A model generated the notes under the pieces. It was not told the DNA's origin. It saw only the letters and a list, made by a program, of their open reading frames with translations, and made no database searches. Shown in pieces: positions 18,456 through 29,055 of a stretch of DNA of 64,000 nucleotides. How positions within the stretch are numbered: the stretch's first letter is position 1; each line of letters opens with the position of its first letter. This DNA comes from a virus (taxonomy: Duplodnaviria; Caudoviricetes). The position numbers were made by a program, and so were the translations under genes. The stretch is taken from IMG/VR virus record IMGVR_UViG_3300033463_000110, positions 1,587 through 65,586 of that record; one strand, written 5' to 3'.

Positions 18456-18457
18456 AG

Positions 18458-20479
18458 TTATATAATTGATAATTCAGGGAAATCTTCAAACGCCCTCATC
18501 GCAAGGACTTTCGCTCCAGCAGCGGACGGATGCACCCCGTCGGAATACAACAACCCGGTGTTCCATACACCCTCCGATGTCGCTCCGACGGCATCGCAGA
18601 AATCAATCACCCTCTTTCCGAGCGATTTGACATAATTGTTGTATCCCGTCCTTTGTCGCGTGGGGACTGTCGGGATAGTCGCAAGGACAAGAGTGATTCC
18701 GTACTGCTCGCAAATAGCGACGACATCATCTATTACCGATTTCTGTTCGTCTGCGATAACATAGTTTCCACTTGTTCCGGTATCATTCGCCCCATTCATT
18801 CCAAGTGTCCATACAATGTATGATGGGATAAAACCAAGACCAAGGAGCGATACAAGGTCATCGTATGCACTACTCGAATTTTGCCCAGACATACTGTTCG
18901 CAAACCACTTGTCCATATTCCGAGCGGATGCGTAATACGGCCATCTTGAACTATCATCAAATGTGACATAACTGTCACCAAAAACCCATATCTTCTTGGT
19001 GAGGTCACGCGGGAAGAACGAAAGCGACACATCAATAGAACCAGATGTGTTTACATTGTGGATAAATGGCTTTCCCTTTCCCCACAACGAAAGTGTTTGC
19101 TCAAATGTGTTTCCATACTTGTCCATAAGCCGGAGAGTATTTGTTTCCGTGTTGCCGTCCCGCGTAGAATCAATCTCTACAAACATAGGGTCTGACAAAG
19201 TAAGACCGTGTTCATAAGTATCAACCTTCGTGGAACTTGTTAGGAAACGATACAATTCAATCTTGGTAGGAAGTATCTCAATCCAAGTTGAACCATAACT
19301 TCTTCCAACCGTACCAGACAATCCCACGCCGACACAGATGTCTTGAATCGTCCCAGAAATAACTGCCGATAACAAAGAGTTTTTTGAGACGTGGCAAACA
19401 CCAAGTCCAATGCTTGAGTTCACCGCAACCGTACCAGAATCTTTCCATCCCTTGAATGAATTACCACCCATCAATATTTCAACAACCTCGTCGGAAAGGT
19501 TAGCAAAGGATACTTGTTTATTCCTTAAAACGGGTGTATATCCACCAATAGGAGAATAAAGTTTGTAAGAAGTCCTTGATTGCCCCTTTTCAACTTGGAT
19601 GTCCTTGTCTATATTCTGTGTAAGGATGGATATACGAAGATACGCAGCGTTTGCGGGAGCCGTCAGTTGCTTTGTTCCTCCGGTTACGGCACTTGACGAT
19701 ATAAACGTCTTATTCGAGTCGTAGAAGCAATGGTAAACACTGGACGAACCGACACCGATGTCTCCTTGCCCACTTACATAGTAGTATTCACCACCGACGA
19801 CGGGGATATAATCGGAGGCTCTATAACTATTATTGTTTGTTTTAAGCTCACCGTTATTATTGAGATAACCGGGAGAAGAAATGGTTGAGATGTCAAAAAT
19901 GTTAGTCCCGTAGTCAATATCCAGTTTTCCCGCAACGTCTTCTTTTATTTCATGGGTATACCCATAAGCCGCATCGTATGCTTGATATGGCGATGCCGTA
20001 GTTCCCAGTTCTAATTGCACCGTAGGATAGCCGGTATTGCTATGTGCAAAACGCAGCCACTCGCATCCCGAAGGGATCGTGAAGGTAAGAGTGTTCAACG
20101 GAATAGAACTTACGAACACTTGTTTGTTGTTATAGAAACAAATGTAACTACTACTTGTCAATGCCGACCCGCTTCCATTATGAAGGCAATATGATTCACC
20201 GGGCGTAACCAAGATGAATGGAGAGCACCACCAGTTATTTGTCGTAGCCGTAGCAACGCCGGTATCGCTCAATGTGGCCTTCCACCCCTTGCTCCTGTCG
20301 TATAAGTTAACACCGGGAGCAACATCGAGTTTCTCGGCTTCAAGGCGTTTGTCCGGCGAGCCTAATTGACCGAGTTTTGTCTCAAGATTTACACCGTTTG
20401 AATCATACACGGCTCGTTCGTGGGTGTACGGGTAAATGTCCGTGTTTTGGTAGTCCTTGAGTTTTTGTATTTTTGCCAT
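18458..20479 (-). CDS. tail-associated SGNH/GDSL esterase with duplicated N-terminal beta modules
   Basis: VFGDS and DGVHP catalytic blocks; two similar N-terminal modules (SPFILVTPGESY / SDYIPVVGGEYY). Confidence 0.75.
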   Translation of the reverse strand: MAKIQKLKDYQNTDIYPYTHERAVYDSNGVNLETKLGQLGSPDKRLEAEKLDVAPGVNLYDRSKGWKATLSDTGVATATTNNWWCSPFILVTPGESYCLHNGSGSALTSSSYICFYNNKQVFVSSIPLNTLTFTIPSGCEWLRFAHSNTGYPTVQLELGTTASPYQAYDAAYGYTHEIKEDVAGKLDIDYGTNIFDISTISSPGYLNNNGELKTNNNSYRASDYIPVVGGEYYYVSGQGDIGVGSSSVYHCFYDSNKTFISSSAVTGGTKQLTAPANAAYLRISILTQNIDKDIQVEKGQSRTSYKLYSPIGGYTPVLRNKQVSFANLSDEVVEILMGGNSFKGWKDSGTVAVNSSIGLGVCHVSKNSLLSAVISGTIQDICVGVGLSGTVGRSYGSTWIEILPTKIELYRFLTSSTKVDTYEHGLTLSDPMFVEIDSTRDGNTETNTLRLMDKYGNTFEQTLSLWGKGKPFIHNVNTSGSIDVSLSFFPRDLTKKIWVFGDSYVTFDDSSRWPYYASARNMDKWFANSMSGQNSSSAYDDLVSLLGLGFIPSYIVWTLGMNGANDTGTSGNYVIADEQKSVIDDVVAICEQYGITLVLATIPTVPTRQRTGYNNYVKSLGKRVIDFCDAVGATSEGVWNTGLLYSDGVHPSAAGAKVLAMRAFEDFPELSII

Positions 20480-20529
20480 ATCGCTTGAAACTATTATGTT
20501 GGAATGTTCCCGCAAATGATCCGTGTCAT

Positions 20530-21609
20530 TTAAGTGGGGATGTTTCCGTTTTGGTCTAATTCAACGATTTTCGCCTTCCACGAACTCCAGTTTGTGGCCG
20601 CCTTATATGTCGCAGATGTGCCATAAGGGACATATATTGCGTTTACGTTGTTGTTTGTAAATGCGTATGTTCCGAGTGTCGGAGGAGATGTTGCTCGGAA
20701 GATGTACGTCGCCTTGCTACTGGATGATGCCGCGTTCTGGAAACAAGATCCCTCGATGGTAGCAACGGAAGCGGACACGTCCATCGAAGTGAGTGCGGAG
20801 CAATACTGGAAAGCATAGGAACCGATGCTCGTCACCTGATTGTGGAACATAACACTTGTTATTCCTATGCAACGCCGGAAGGCGGTGGTCTTTACCGCGG
20901 TGACGGAATCTGGGATTGTTACGGCGGTCACTTCCGTGTTGTTGATGTATAAGTGTATCCCGCTTGATGCGAAGGAAGGGCCTCCGTTCTCAGCCCAGGT
21001 ACATCCCAGCCAGACTGCGAGGCTCGGTACGTTGACCCTTGAAACGACGGAACACCCATTAAATGTGTTGTTGGTCGTACACGTAATGGAGTTTGTCAAC
21101 GTGATGGTCGCAAGTTTGGAGCATCCACGGAACGCCTGTTGTCCAAGAGTTGTTACGTTTTCGGGGATTGTGACGCTTTCAAGATTGCTACATCCATAGA
21201 ATGCGTTGTTCGGAATCTGCGAGAGACCCTTGAAGTAGGACAACTCGTCGAAGGACGTGATGCTGGTGTTGTTCCGGAACGTCGTGCCAAATTGTGAGTT
21301 CGTTACCTGGGATGCCTGGCTCGGCCTTATGCCAGTACCATCGCCCCAATTCGTCGCGCAAATCTGCCCGACGGTTGCGTCTGCGAAAACAATGTACGGC
21401 TCCTTGACTCCCTCTTGAGTTACTGTCAGTATTTTAGAGGACGAGGTGCCATGATGGGATGCTGTAAAAGTAATGCTTTTTGTCCTATCAATACTACCCG
21501 TGTTGGCATCGGAGGACATTTCTACGGTTTGGTCCCCCGATGCCGACGGGTAGGTCAAGTAGATATTGTCTCCACTCCCATCGCCCCACGGTATGGTGAC
21601 AACGGCCAT
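20530..21609 (-). CDS. BACON-like plus BspA-type leucine-rich repeat protein (putative adhesin/receptor binding)
   Basis: Repeats such as IPNNAFYGCSNLESVTIPENVTTLGQQAFRGCSKL. Confidence 0.85.
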   Translation of the reverse strand: MAVVTIPWGDGSGDNIYLTYPSASGDQTVEMSSDANTGSIDRTKSITFTASHHGTSSSKILTVTQEGVKEPYIVFADATVGQICATNWGDGTGIRPSQASQVTNSQFGTTFRNNTSITSFDELSYFKGLSQIPNNAFYGCSNLESVTIPENVTTLGQQAFRGCSKLATITLTNSITCTTNNTFNGCSVVSRVNVPSLAVWLGCTWAENGGPSFASSGIHLYINNTEVTAVTIPDSVTAVKTTAFRRCIGITSVMFHNQVTSIGSYAFQYCSALTSMDVSASVATIEGSCFQNAASSSSKATYIFRATSPPTLGTYAFTNNNVNAIYVPYGTSATYKAATNWSSWKAKIVELDQNGNIPT

Positions 21610-21612
21610 AGG

Positions 21613-22230
21613 TTAGGAGATGGTCCAGTTGGTGTTGGAGGATACGGTGACGGACTGCGCAGGAGTACCAGCAGCCGGGATGGTGATGGTGGTCGGGGAG
21701 ATCGTCAGGTAGGCGTCGCCAGCGGCCTGGGTAATAGTGCACGTAACGGCAGCAGAAGAACCACTGTTCGGAGTGACCGTCAACTGCGATGTCAGCGAAC
21801 TAATCGTGGTGTTCTCCGCGATGTTGGAGAACGTGATAGAGAACGTGTACTGTTGCGACGCGCCGGGGTCGCCCGTTATAGCCGTCCCATTGTTCGTGTT
21901 CACGGAGTTCGCCGTGTAGGAAGAAGGCAGGGTCAAGCCGATGCCATTAGTACCCGTAAGGGCGAAGGTCAACTTTGACGAGTTGGAAGTACCCGTGATG
22001 GTTAAAGTGCCACCCGTCTTGTCAACGGCGGCGGTTGCGGAATCAAAACTCACAAATTCCGTTTTACCTGATTGGATAACAGTAAGGGTCTTGCTCTCCA
22101 CGCCGGACGCGGAGAAGGTCGCGGTAGTCGTTCTCGCCTCGCGCCCGGTGTGAGCCGATGCGCTCCAAGAGACGGTATCGTTACCGTTACCACTTGTTTT
22201 GTTGGGACTTGCCCATGATGCGTATGCCAT
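21613..22230 (-). CDS. BACON/Ig-like virion protein
   Basis: SGNGNDTVSWSA...HTGREARTTTATF; ends VTVSSNTNWTIS. Confidence 0.7.
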   Translation of the reverse strand: MAYASWASPNKTSGNGNDTVSWSASAHTGREARTTTATFSASGVESKTLTVIQSGKTEFVSFDSATAAVDKTGGTLTITGTSNSSKLTFALTGTNGIGLTLPSSYTANSVNTNNGTAITGDPGASQQYTFSITFSNIAENTTISSLTSQLTVTPNSGSSAAVTCTITQAAGDAYLTISPTTITIPAAGTPAQSVTVSSNTNWTIS

Positions 22231-22264
22231 AGCTCTTGTTTATTAAATTGTTTTGTATGTTATG

Positions 22265-22732
22265 CTATATTGTTTCAACCACATCTCCGAGGAAACAAAC
22301 CGCACTTGAATTGGCCTTGCTTGACAAAGCGTTATTGACGAATGCTTTGTCCGCAAGCTGGTTCGATGATGTGGCGTCGGAAGGAATCTTCCCCTCAATA
22401 GTCCCAACACGCGAAGACACGCTTGCAAGCGCGGAAGCATCCGCCTTGCCGCTGATGGCGGATTCTATCCCCGATGAGATAGAATCCACATACGCCTTGT
22501 CCGCGAGTTTGTTGGATGTGGTGGCGGTTGAAGGTATCTTCGCCTCTACGCCACCGATCCGGCTGCTCAAGGCGGTTACGGATGTGGAGTCGGCCTTCGT
22601 GTCTATATCCGCTTCCGCCGTGTTCATGCGCGACTTCAATGCCGCGATGTCCGCCGTGTTGGTCGCCACCTGCGAGACGCGGTTGTCTATGGTCGCCCCG
22701 GAGTGTATGCTTGGATAGTCGTTTACTGCCAT
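22265..22732 (-). CDS. tail fibre-associated coiled-coil protein with internal duplication
   Basis: KIPSTATTSNKLADKAYV and KIPSDATSSNQLADKAFV. Confidence 0.6.
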   Translation of the reverse strand: MAVNDYPSIHSGATIDNRVSQVATNTADIAALKSRMNTAEADIDTKADSTSVTALSSRIGGVEAKIPSTATTSNKLADKAYVDSISSGIESAISGKADASALASVSSRVGTIEGKIPSDATSSNQLADKAFVNNALSSKANSSAVCFLGDVVETI

Positions 22733-22736
22733 AGCG

Positions 22737-23153
22737 TTATTCTTCTATGATTCCGCAGTCCTCAAGGAAAGCGATTTGTTCAAGGGTGATGTCCTCGGAA
22801 AAGTCGATTAGGGCGTCGATTTTCGCGGGGGATAGGTCAATGTCCACGGGCGCGGAGAAAATGTCCGAAATCGCCTTATTTGCGTCTTTCTCGGCATCGA
22901 GGTAATCGTCATGCCCGACCACTTTCTCCTGCTTGTCCCGGAAGGCTTGCACGGCCTTGAGTTCGTCCGCCCAATCGTCTTGGAACTTGCGGATGACCTC
23001 GCTTTTTTCGGCATCGGCATCCTTCGCCACCTTGCGGAGTGCGAGGTAGTCTTTGAGCAAGGTGGCTTTCGCTTCCTTGTCCGTGATGCGGTTGAGTTTG
23101 ATGCCGGAGAGTATCCCGGCGGCGGTGCTGATGTATGCGATGGATAGTTTCAT
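22737..23153 (-). CDS. hypothetical protein
   Basis: ATG 23153 (MKLSIAY). Confidence 0.7.
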   Translation of the reverse strand: MKLSIAYISTAAGILSGIKLNRITDKEAKATLLKDYLALRKVAKDADAEKSEVIRKFQDDWADELKAVQAFRDKQEKVVGHDDYLDAEKDANKAISDIFSAPVDIDLSPAKIDALIDFSEDITLEQIAFLEDCGIIEE

Positions 23154-23157
23154 ATCT

Positions 23158-24276
23158 TTATGGGGTAGGTGTAGGCGAGTCGTAATCTTCAATCTGGTTG
23201 TATGTGAACCGTATCACATTGTCGCCACTTGACGCGATGGTGATGAAATACGGATTGTTGCCCCGTGTGAGTCCCGTGAAACTCCCGGTAATCGTGTCGG
23301 TTGTGTCCGCGCCGATGGAGTAGTTCGATATGGTACGCGAAGTGACCACCGTTCCCGTGGCGGGGTTGTTTCCCTCGACGAGTTGGATGACGAGGGTAAG
23401 GCCGCTCTTTGCAAGCACGGTGTTGACGATTTCGACGGAGTAGTCTATGCGCGTGTTGGTGGAGTTCCACATGCCTTCCGGGTATGCGTACACGCCGGAT
23501 GAATTGGCGATAATCTGCAAGTTGATAGGCTCGAAACCCATAAGAGACACATACTTCCCATCGGACTCCGCGATGTCTTGGCGCAGCCTGATGGTGGAAA
23601 GGAACGGAACCATCTTCACGGTGCGCCCGGCCCAGTTCTGCATGTCCTCAAAGGTCACGGACAAACCTCCGCTACCAATCGTTTCCCCGGCGGCGAAGGT
23701 GTAGAGGCCGTTGTTTTGGAAATAGATGAAAGCACCGAAATACCAGTTGTTGAGGTCGATGCCGTCTATCTGCAAGTCGTCCACGCCGAGTTCGTAGTCC
23801 TCGCGGTAGAGGTCAACCCATTGCAGGACGAGTTTGTTCTCATAGTCGAGCATCGCGGTGTCGAACTCATAAGGCTCGAACGGGGGCGTTGCCCGCTTGT
23901 CGTACCCGTTGAAATCGAGGATGCGATACCATTCGTGGACTCCAGAGCCGCCGCCGTTCCTCCCACGCGGACGGAGATAGTCCCAGGGGAGGGTTCCGGC
24001 GAGGAGACGGTTGAAGAACGATCCGGATGTGGTGGGTTCGCCCGTCGCCGTGAAAATGGTGGTGGTCAGCCCGTGTTGCACATCCTTCCTGTCGGCAACG
24101 GACATGATGCCGAGTTTCCCGCTCCGCACGGGCTTGTACTTCGCCCACTTGTTTATCTCGACATTGGCGATGAGTGCGCCGATGTCGTTCCGCGAACTGC
24201 CGAAGAACGACTTGATGTCACCGATGGAGATGCCATAAGTCGAGGTAGTGTAAATGGTATTAGAGTTATAGGACAT
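23158..24276 (-). CDS. putative tail/virion protein
   Basis: INKWAKYKPV and YRILDFNGY motifs; follows the tail spike. Confidence 0.65.
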   Translation of the reverse strand: MSYNSNTIYTTSTYGISIGDIKSFFGSSRNDIGALIANVEINKWAKYKPVRSGKLGIMSVADRKDVQHGLTTTIFTATGEPTTSGSFFNRLLAGTLPWDYLRPRGRNGGGSGVHEWYRILDFNGYDKRATPPFEPYEFDTAMLDYENKLVLQWVDLYREDYELGVDDLQIDGIDLNNWYFGAFIYFQNNGLYTFAAGETIGSGGLSVTFEDMQNWAGRTVKMVPFLSTIRLRQDIAESDGKYVSLMGFEPINLQIIANSSGVYAYPEGMWNSTNTRIDYSVEIVNTVLAKSGLTLVIQLVEGNNPATGTVVTSRTISNYSIGADTTDTITGSFTGLTRGNNPYFITIASSGDNVIRFTYNQIEDYDSPTPTP

Positions 24277-24440
24277 TACCTTTCAAATTCTTCTTCGTTG
24301 TCCTTGTCGTCCTCCGGCTTTTCCACATTGCCGTTACCGACCCCGCCGGAAACACCGGGCTTGTCATCCACATACGGCTTCCTTGTAATGCAGATACCCA
24401 GCACTACGATTGCGATGATTGCGGCCAAGATGTAAATCAT
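24276..24440 (-). CDS. small membrane protein (54 aa)
   Basis: MIYILAAIAIVVLGICIT...; fills the gap between tail genes. Confidence 0.55.
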   Translation of the reverse strand: MIYILAAIIAIVVLGICITRKPYVDDKPGVSGGVGNGNVEKPEDDKDNEEEFER

Positions 24441-24452
24441 ATCCTTATGCGT

Positions 24453-27400
24453 TTAGTCGGTTAATCTCTTTTCCAATGCGATAATCCGTTCTTCGTGAGA
24501 TTGGATTGCGGAAATCTCGTAGGCGTGGAGCATCTGGTAGGCGAGGCTCTTGTACTCCTTGCCACCAACCATGAACGGGATGACGGACTCGACCTCCTGG
24601 GCCACGAACCCCGTGGCGGTCATGCCCTTGTTGGCGCCGGAGTTCCATTGCCAAACGGAAGGGTTGAGCGCCATAATCTTCTCGATGGCATCGGCCTTCG
24701 ACAAGGTGGTGATGTTCTCCTTCAATCGGCGGTCGGATGATGTGTTCCAAGACGACGCATAGGCGTTGTCAGAGAAATAGACATCGCCGTTCTGCACGTA
24801 CATCTTGTAGCCGGATGCACCGGAGTAACCGCCGACATAGATGCACCCACTCGAACTGTTACCGCCGAGGACGAGGTGGCGGGTGTTGTCCTGTATGTAG
24901 AGCCGATTAGATGCGTCGCGGATGCTGATATAACCCTGTTCCTTGACGATGGTAAGCCCGTTAATCGTACCCGTAAGGGCGATGTCGCTACTTATCGCGG
25001 AAAGGTTCGTAACCTTGAGGTTGGTGAATTTCTTTATGCCGGAGATGGCCTGCTCGGAGCTGTCCGTCGTTACGAAATTGATGTTCGACTGCCCGGCTAC
25101 TCCACCAGCCGCCACGAACCCGTCGGCATACAAGCCGATGGTTTGCCCCGTACCTTGCTTATAGGTGATATGCAACGCCTTCGCTCCGTCATCATACGCA
25201 AGACGCGCCTTGCCGATGTCGATGTAGGCATCATCGTTGACCTCTAAACCGACGCTCCTACCGGACTCATCATCAGTCCCGGAAAGATGCAACGCGATAG
25301 TGTTCGCGTCGTATGAAAGCTCCGCCGTACCGATGTAGAGGGTGGAGTTGTTTGACAAGGTAAGGTTGCGGGAGAAGTCGCCGTATGTGCCGTAGATGTT
25401 CGCAAAGCGCTTGTTCGCGGCACCGATACCGCAAGTGCCGTCCGAGTAGGGGTACAAGTACGCAGTCCGCAAAGTGATATTGGCCGATTGGAACGTCTTT
25501 GCGGATGTAATTATCTGCGAACTTCCAGACAAGGTTACATAAGCATCGGAAAGGCCCGAAATGTCCGATGCCGAAAGCGAGTCAAGGAAAGCCAAATCAC
25601 CAAGACCGGGAACGGACACGTTGCTCCCGGCTGTCCCGTTGACATACAAGCGGAGAGTTCCGTTCGCCGTTCCTTCGGCAAGAGTGACCGATGAAACACC
25701 GCCGCCACCGCCGGAAGAATATCCGTCAAGACAAAGCCTCTTGGTCGTGCCGTTGATCTTGACATCAACCGTGTTGTTCGTGTAAGTGGCCGTACCCCAG
25801 GCGACATCGTTGTAAAGGTAGGTGTCCGTCCCGTCAATCGTTATCTTCGCAATCCGGCTGACCTGGGCGGTCGTGTCGGCAAGGCTCTCAACGGAGACAT
25901 TGCTTCCACCACCACCGCTACCACTTCCGGCTCCTCCGGCTGCAACCCATCCCTCGGCCCAAAGACCAGCATAACGGGGATTGAGTTTGAGGGTGGGATT
26001 GTTGTCGATGGTCTCCACCACGAACCAATCAAGCGGCTGGCCGTTAATCGTAACGCCGTAGCCGGAACCCGTGGAGAGTTCGATGCCCTTGTCGCCGTAA
26101 ATCTTCAAGTGGTCGTCCGTGTCCTCATGGAGATAGGCGTAGTTGCCATCGCCGAGAAGGAGTTTTCGACCATAGTTCGCCGCGCCCTTCAATCGAAGGT
26201 CGCCGGACAACTCGCCACCCGTAAGGGGAAGGTAGAGGCCGGAAAGGGGAGGAATATCGGATGCGTCAAGCGAACTCTTGAAAGCAAGCGATCCAAGTCC
26301 TGGAACGGCCACATCGGAACCGGCAACGCCGTTGACCGTCAATTTGAGCGTTCCGTTGGCGGAACCGGCGGAGAGAACAACGGACGAGATGCCACCCGTT
26401 TGGGCGGCGGCAACCCAACCGTGCGCCGTGGTATAGACAAGCGCATCGCCTACGACCGCACCCGTACCATCGGCACGAAGGACACTCGACGAGTTGTGAT
26501 AAACGTCGGTGAGTTCACGAAGGTAGGACACGCCACCGCCACCACCGCCTTCATCTCCGACACCCCCGGCAGCAAGCCAACCGGGGACCCACAGGTTCTG
26601 GTATTGGGATTTGAGGGTGATGTTGCCGTCCTCGTCCAGCATGAAGAACGAGTCGCCGCCGGAAGAATAGGACTCCTCCGCTTGTGCCTCGGTGATGCTA
26701 CCCACGGACTTCGACACCGGGGCTTCCGCACCCTGCGAGTCCGTCCAGGTCTTTCTCTTTCGGTCGCGTAGAGTGACCTTGTAGGTCGGGATCGCAGCCT
26801 CGCCCTCGTTGATTACGATGGTGTCAACAAGGGCCGCGACAACCGAACCGCTACCATCGTCAAGGCGGATTTTCTCGCCGTGGGATGTGAGAAGGTACAC
26901 ATCGTTGCTCGTCTTGAAGTAGGATGTCGTGCCTTCCTCCGCCTCGATGAAATCCATGTCGAGAAGGGTCATGTACTCACCGCTACGGATCGTGCGGTTG
27001 TTCTCGACCATGAACTTCGCGTCTATGTCCGGGACGTATTGCCATCTCTCGGTCGCGGTGTCAAGGAGAAGGTCTTGCGCCGCTTGGAGAAGTTCGCCCT
27101 CCGCCATGCTGATGTAGAGTTCCGGCATGGCGATGTCCAATAGCACGAACTCGTCGCCGGGGTACTCATTGGATTGTCCGGCGTTTTCAAGCCCACGGAT
27201 AGGGTATTGCGTGTTCGGAAACCATTGGGAAAGCGACTCGTCCTCGGAACGGAAGCACTCAAGCACCCACGCATCGTTCTCCGCGTCATATTGGACATCT
27301 TTGATGGTGAACGAACGCCCGGTGCATTTGCCGGAACGCATGGCGATGGTCTTCCCTTCGCCCAGGGCGGCCTGTTCCCCGATGTCGAAACCGAGTTGCC

Positions 27401-29054
27401 GGAGCGTGATGGTGAAGGTCTTTTTCCTGCTCCATGCCGCCGAGAAGTTGAACCTCGGAGAGACGGAATAGGTATAGGAAATGTCCGTCGCGCTGTTGTT
27501 CATTATGAACAGCGACAGGAACACCCGGACAATATCGTTGACGGCGACTTCCGTATCCTTCGCCTTCGTGGACACGGTGCGGGTATGGAAAACACCGTTG
27601 TCATCAGGTGCGAGTTCAAAGAGTTGCCGCTTTACCTCGGTGAAGTCCGTGCCGTCGCCCTTCTGGATGGAAAGGGCGATATACACGCTCACATTGTCGC
27701 CCGTGGTCGTTATCGTTCCGTCCCCGGTCATGGACACATACAAGTCGGTCGCGCAGGTCTTCGTCATCTCGAAGGTGCGCATGGCGAGAACGACACTCGT
27801 ATTCGAGCCTCCTTCAAGCGTGTCGGAGTCGGTCATGTCGCCAAGCACCTCGGATGATTGGACGGAAGCGGACTTTCCCGCCATACCGACAAGGCCGCTA
27901 TCGAACGTCCCATCCACGGAAAGCACACGGTCAATCCTTTCGTAAGGGTTGGTATAGATGGAAGGGTTGGGGTAATAGTCGGCGTATTGTGAGCCTATCG
28001 CGTTACGGAGTTGACCGATGGTCTTGTTTCGGATGGACGGATAGATTTCGGGATATTCGCCACTACCGTCGAAATAGACGGTCGTAGGGCGAAGTCCGAG
28101 CCTCTGGATGGATGCGCCATCCTGAACATACGCTTTCGATGCATCCGGGAGATCGACGCCATCAACCTCGGTCGTACCCCAATTAGCAACGGGTATCATC
28201 AGGTTTTGGATGTCCACCGACTGCGCATCCTTGATGTTTTGGTTGTTGTACCATCCGGGGAGCATGTTCCGGGACGAACCATAGGCGAAGATGCGGTTTG
28301 CGAGTTCATCGGCGTTCGCCACCGTCCGGGTGATGGACTTCAATCCCTTCCCCTTGCCGTAGGCGTAAGTGCCGTAGTTCGCGTTGAGACCGCCCCCGCC
28401 GATGACGATGGTATCGGTGGGAGAGCCGTTCACCGACTCCACCTTGTATATCCAACCCACCTCCGGCCAAATCTCATAAACCTTGTCAAGACACTCAAGG
28501 ATATTCACCCCGGACACGGTGAAATCTCTCGCCTCGGCCATCAAGGTGGCCATCTCCGGCGACAAGCCTTCTTCGGTGGTGGCTACACGGACTTGCCACG
28601 TTCCAGCGCCGTACATGTCTTCAAGGCATGCTTGAAAGCGCCTTGCCAACCCGTCAACACCCTCGAAGGTCGATATGGACGGCTGGGTGGAGAAGTGGAT
28701 GCGGTTGTCGCCAGCCACAAGGTCGCGGAAGGGGCAGAACTCCAACATCTTCGACGCATCGTAGAGTTGGACGCTTTGGTACACGAAAGCCGCACCGTGA
28801 GAATACGGGCGGGCTTGTTTCTTGACCTGTGGGACGGAGTACATCTTATAGACGAACCCCGTGCGGGAATATATCGGGACAATCGTACCGTTGTCCTCAT
28901 AGCCCAAGTAACACCCGGTGCGGAAGTCGAGAACCGACGGGGAAGCGACCTCGCGGAACTCGACCATGCCCGGCTTCATATACTGCCCGGTGAAGGTCGG
29001 CGTTCCGGTGTAGAGCGCCGTCCCGTCCGGGGAATATATGGTGAACTTCGACAT
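24453..29054 (-). CDS. baseplate hub / tail spike with C-terminal S74-type intramolecular chaperone
   Basis: 1533 aa after the distal tail gene; C-terminal SSDRRLKENI...LNPSVWQW and a short coiled coil. Confidence 0.8.
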   Translation of the reverse strand: MSKFTIYSPDGTALYTGTPTFTGQYMKPGMVEFREVASPSVLDFRTGCYLGYEDNGTIVPIYSRTGFVYKMYSVPQVKKQARPYSHGAAFVYQSVQLYDASKMLEFCPFRDLVAGDNRIHFSTQPSISTFEGVDGLARRFQACLEDMYGAGTWQVRVATTEEGLSPEMATLMAEARDFTVSGVNILECLDKVYEIWPEVGWIYKVESVNGSPTDTIVIGGGGLNANYGTYAYGKGKGLKSITRTVANADELANRIFAYGSSRNMLPGWYNNQNIKDAQSVDIQNLMIPVANWGTTEVDGVDLPDASKAYVQDGASIQRLGLRPTTVYFDGSGEYPEIYPSIRNKTIGQLRNAIGSQYADYYPNPSIYTNPYERIDRVLSVDGTFDSGLVGMAGKSASVQSSEVLGDMTDSDTLEGGSNTSVVLAMRTFEMTKTCATDLYVSMTGDGTITTTGDNVSVYIALSIQKGDGTDFTEVKRQLFELAPDDNGVFHTRTVSTKAKDTEVAVNDIVRVFLSLFIMNNSATDISYTYSVSPRFNFSAAWSRKKTFTITLRQLGFDIGEQAALGEGKTIAMRSGKCTGRSFTIKDVQYDAENDAWVLECFRSEDESLSQWFPNTQYPIRGLENAGQSNEYPGDEFVLLDIAMPELYISMAEGELLQAAQDLLLDTATERWQYVPDIDAKFMVENNRTIRSGEYMTLLDMDFIEAEEGTTSYFKTSNDVYLLTSHGEKIRLDDGSGSVVAALVDTIVINEGEAAIPTYKVTLRDRKRKTWTDSQGAEAPVSKSVGSITEAQAEESYSSGGDSFFMLDEDGNITLKSQYQNLWVPGWLAAGGVGDEGGGGGGVSYLRELTDVYHNSSSVLRADGTGAVVGDALVYTTAHGWVAAAQTGGISSVVLSAGSANGTLKLTVNGVAGSDVAVPGLGSLAFKSSLDASDIPPLSGLYLPLTGGELSGDLRLKGAANYGRKLLLGDGNYAYLHEDTDDHLKIYGDKGIELSTGSGYGVTINGQPLDWFVVETIDNNPTLKLNPRYAGLWAEGWVAAGGAGSGSGGGGSNVSVESLADTTAQVSRIAKITIDGTDTYLYNDVAWGTATYTNNTVDVKINGTTKRLCLDGYSSGGGGGVSSVTLAEGTANGTLRLYVNGTAGSNVSVPGLGDLAFLDSLSASDISGLSDAYVTLSGSSQIITSAKTFQSANITLRTAYLYPYSDGTCGIGAANKRFANIYGTYGDFSRNLTLSNNSTLYIGTAELSYDANTIALHLSGTDDESGRSVGLEVNDDAYIDIGKARLAYDDGAKALHITYKQGTGQTIGLYADGFVAAGGVAGQSNINFVTTDSSEQAISGIKKFTNLKVTNLSAISSDIALTGTINGLTIVKEQGYISIRDASNRLYIQDNTRHLVLGGNSSSGCIYVGGYSGASGYKMYVQNGDVYFSDNAYASSWNTSSDRRLKENITTLSKADAIEKIMALNPSVWQWNSGANKGMTATGFVAQEVESVIPFMVGGKEYKSLAYQMLHAYEISAIQSHEERIIALEKRLTD

Positions 29055-29055
29055 A

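Noticed and set aside
20530-21609. Diversity-generating retroelement
   Set aside because: No reverse transcriptase and no template/variable repeat pair was seen in the window.
18458-29054. Invertible tail-fibre shufflon
   Set aside because: All tail genes are co-oriented and I saw no inverted repeats or promoterless alternative C-termini.
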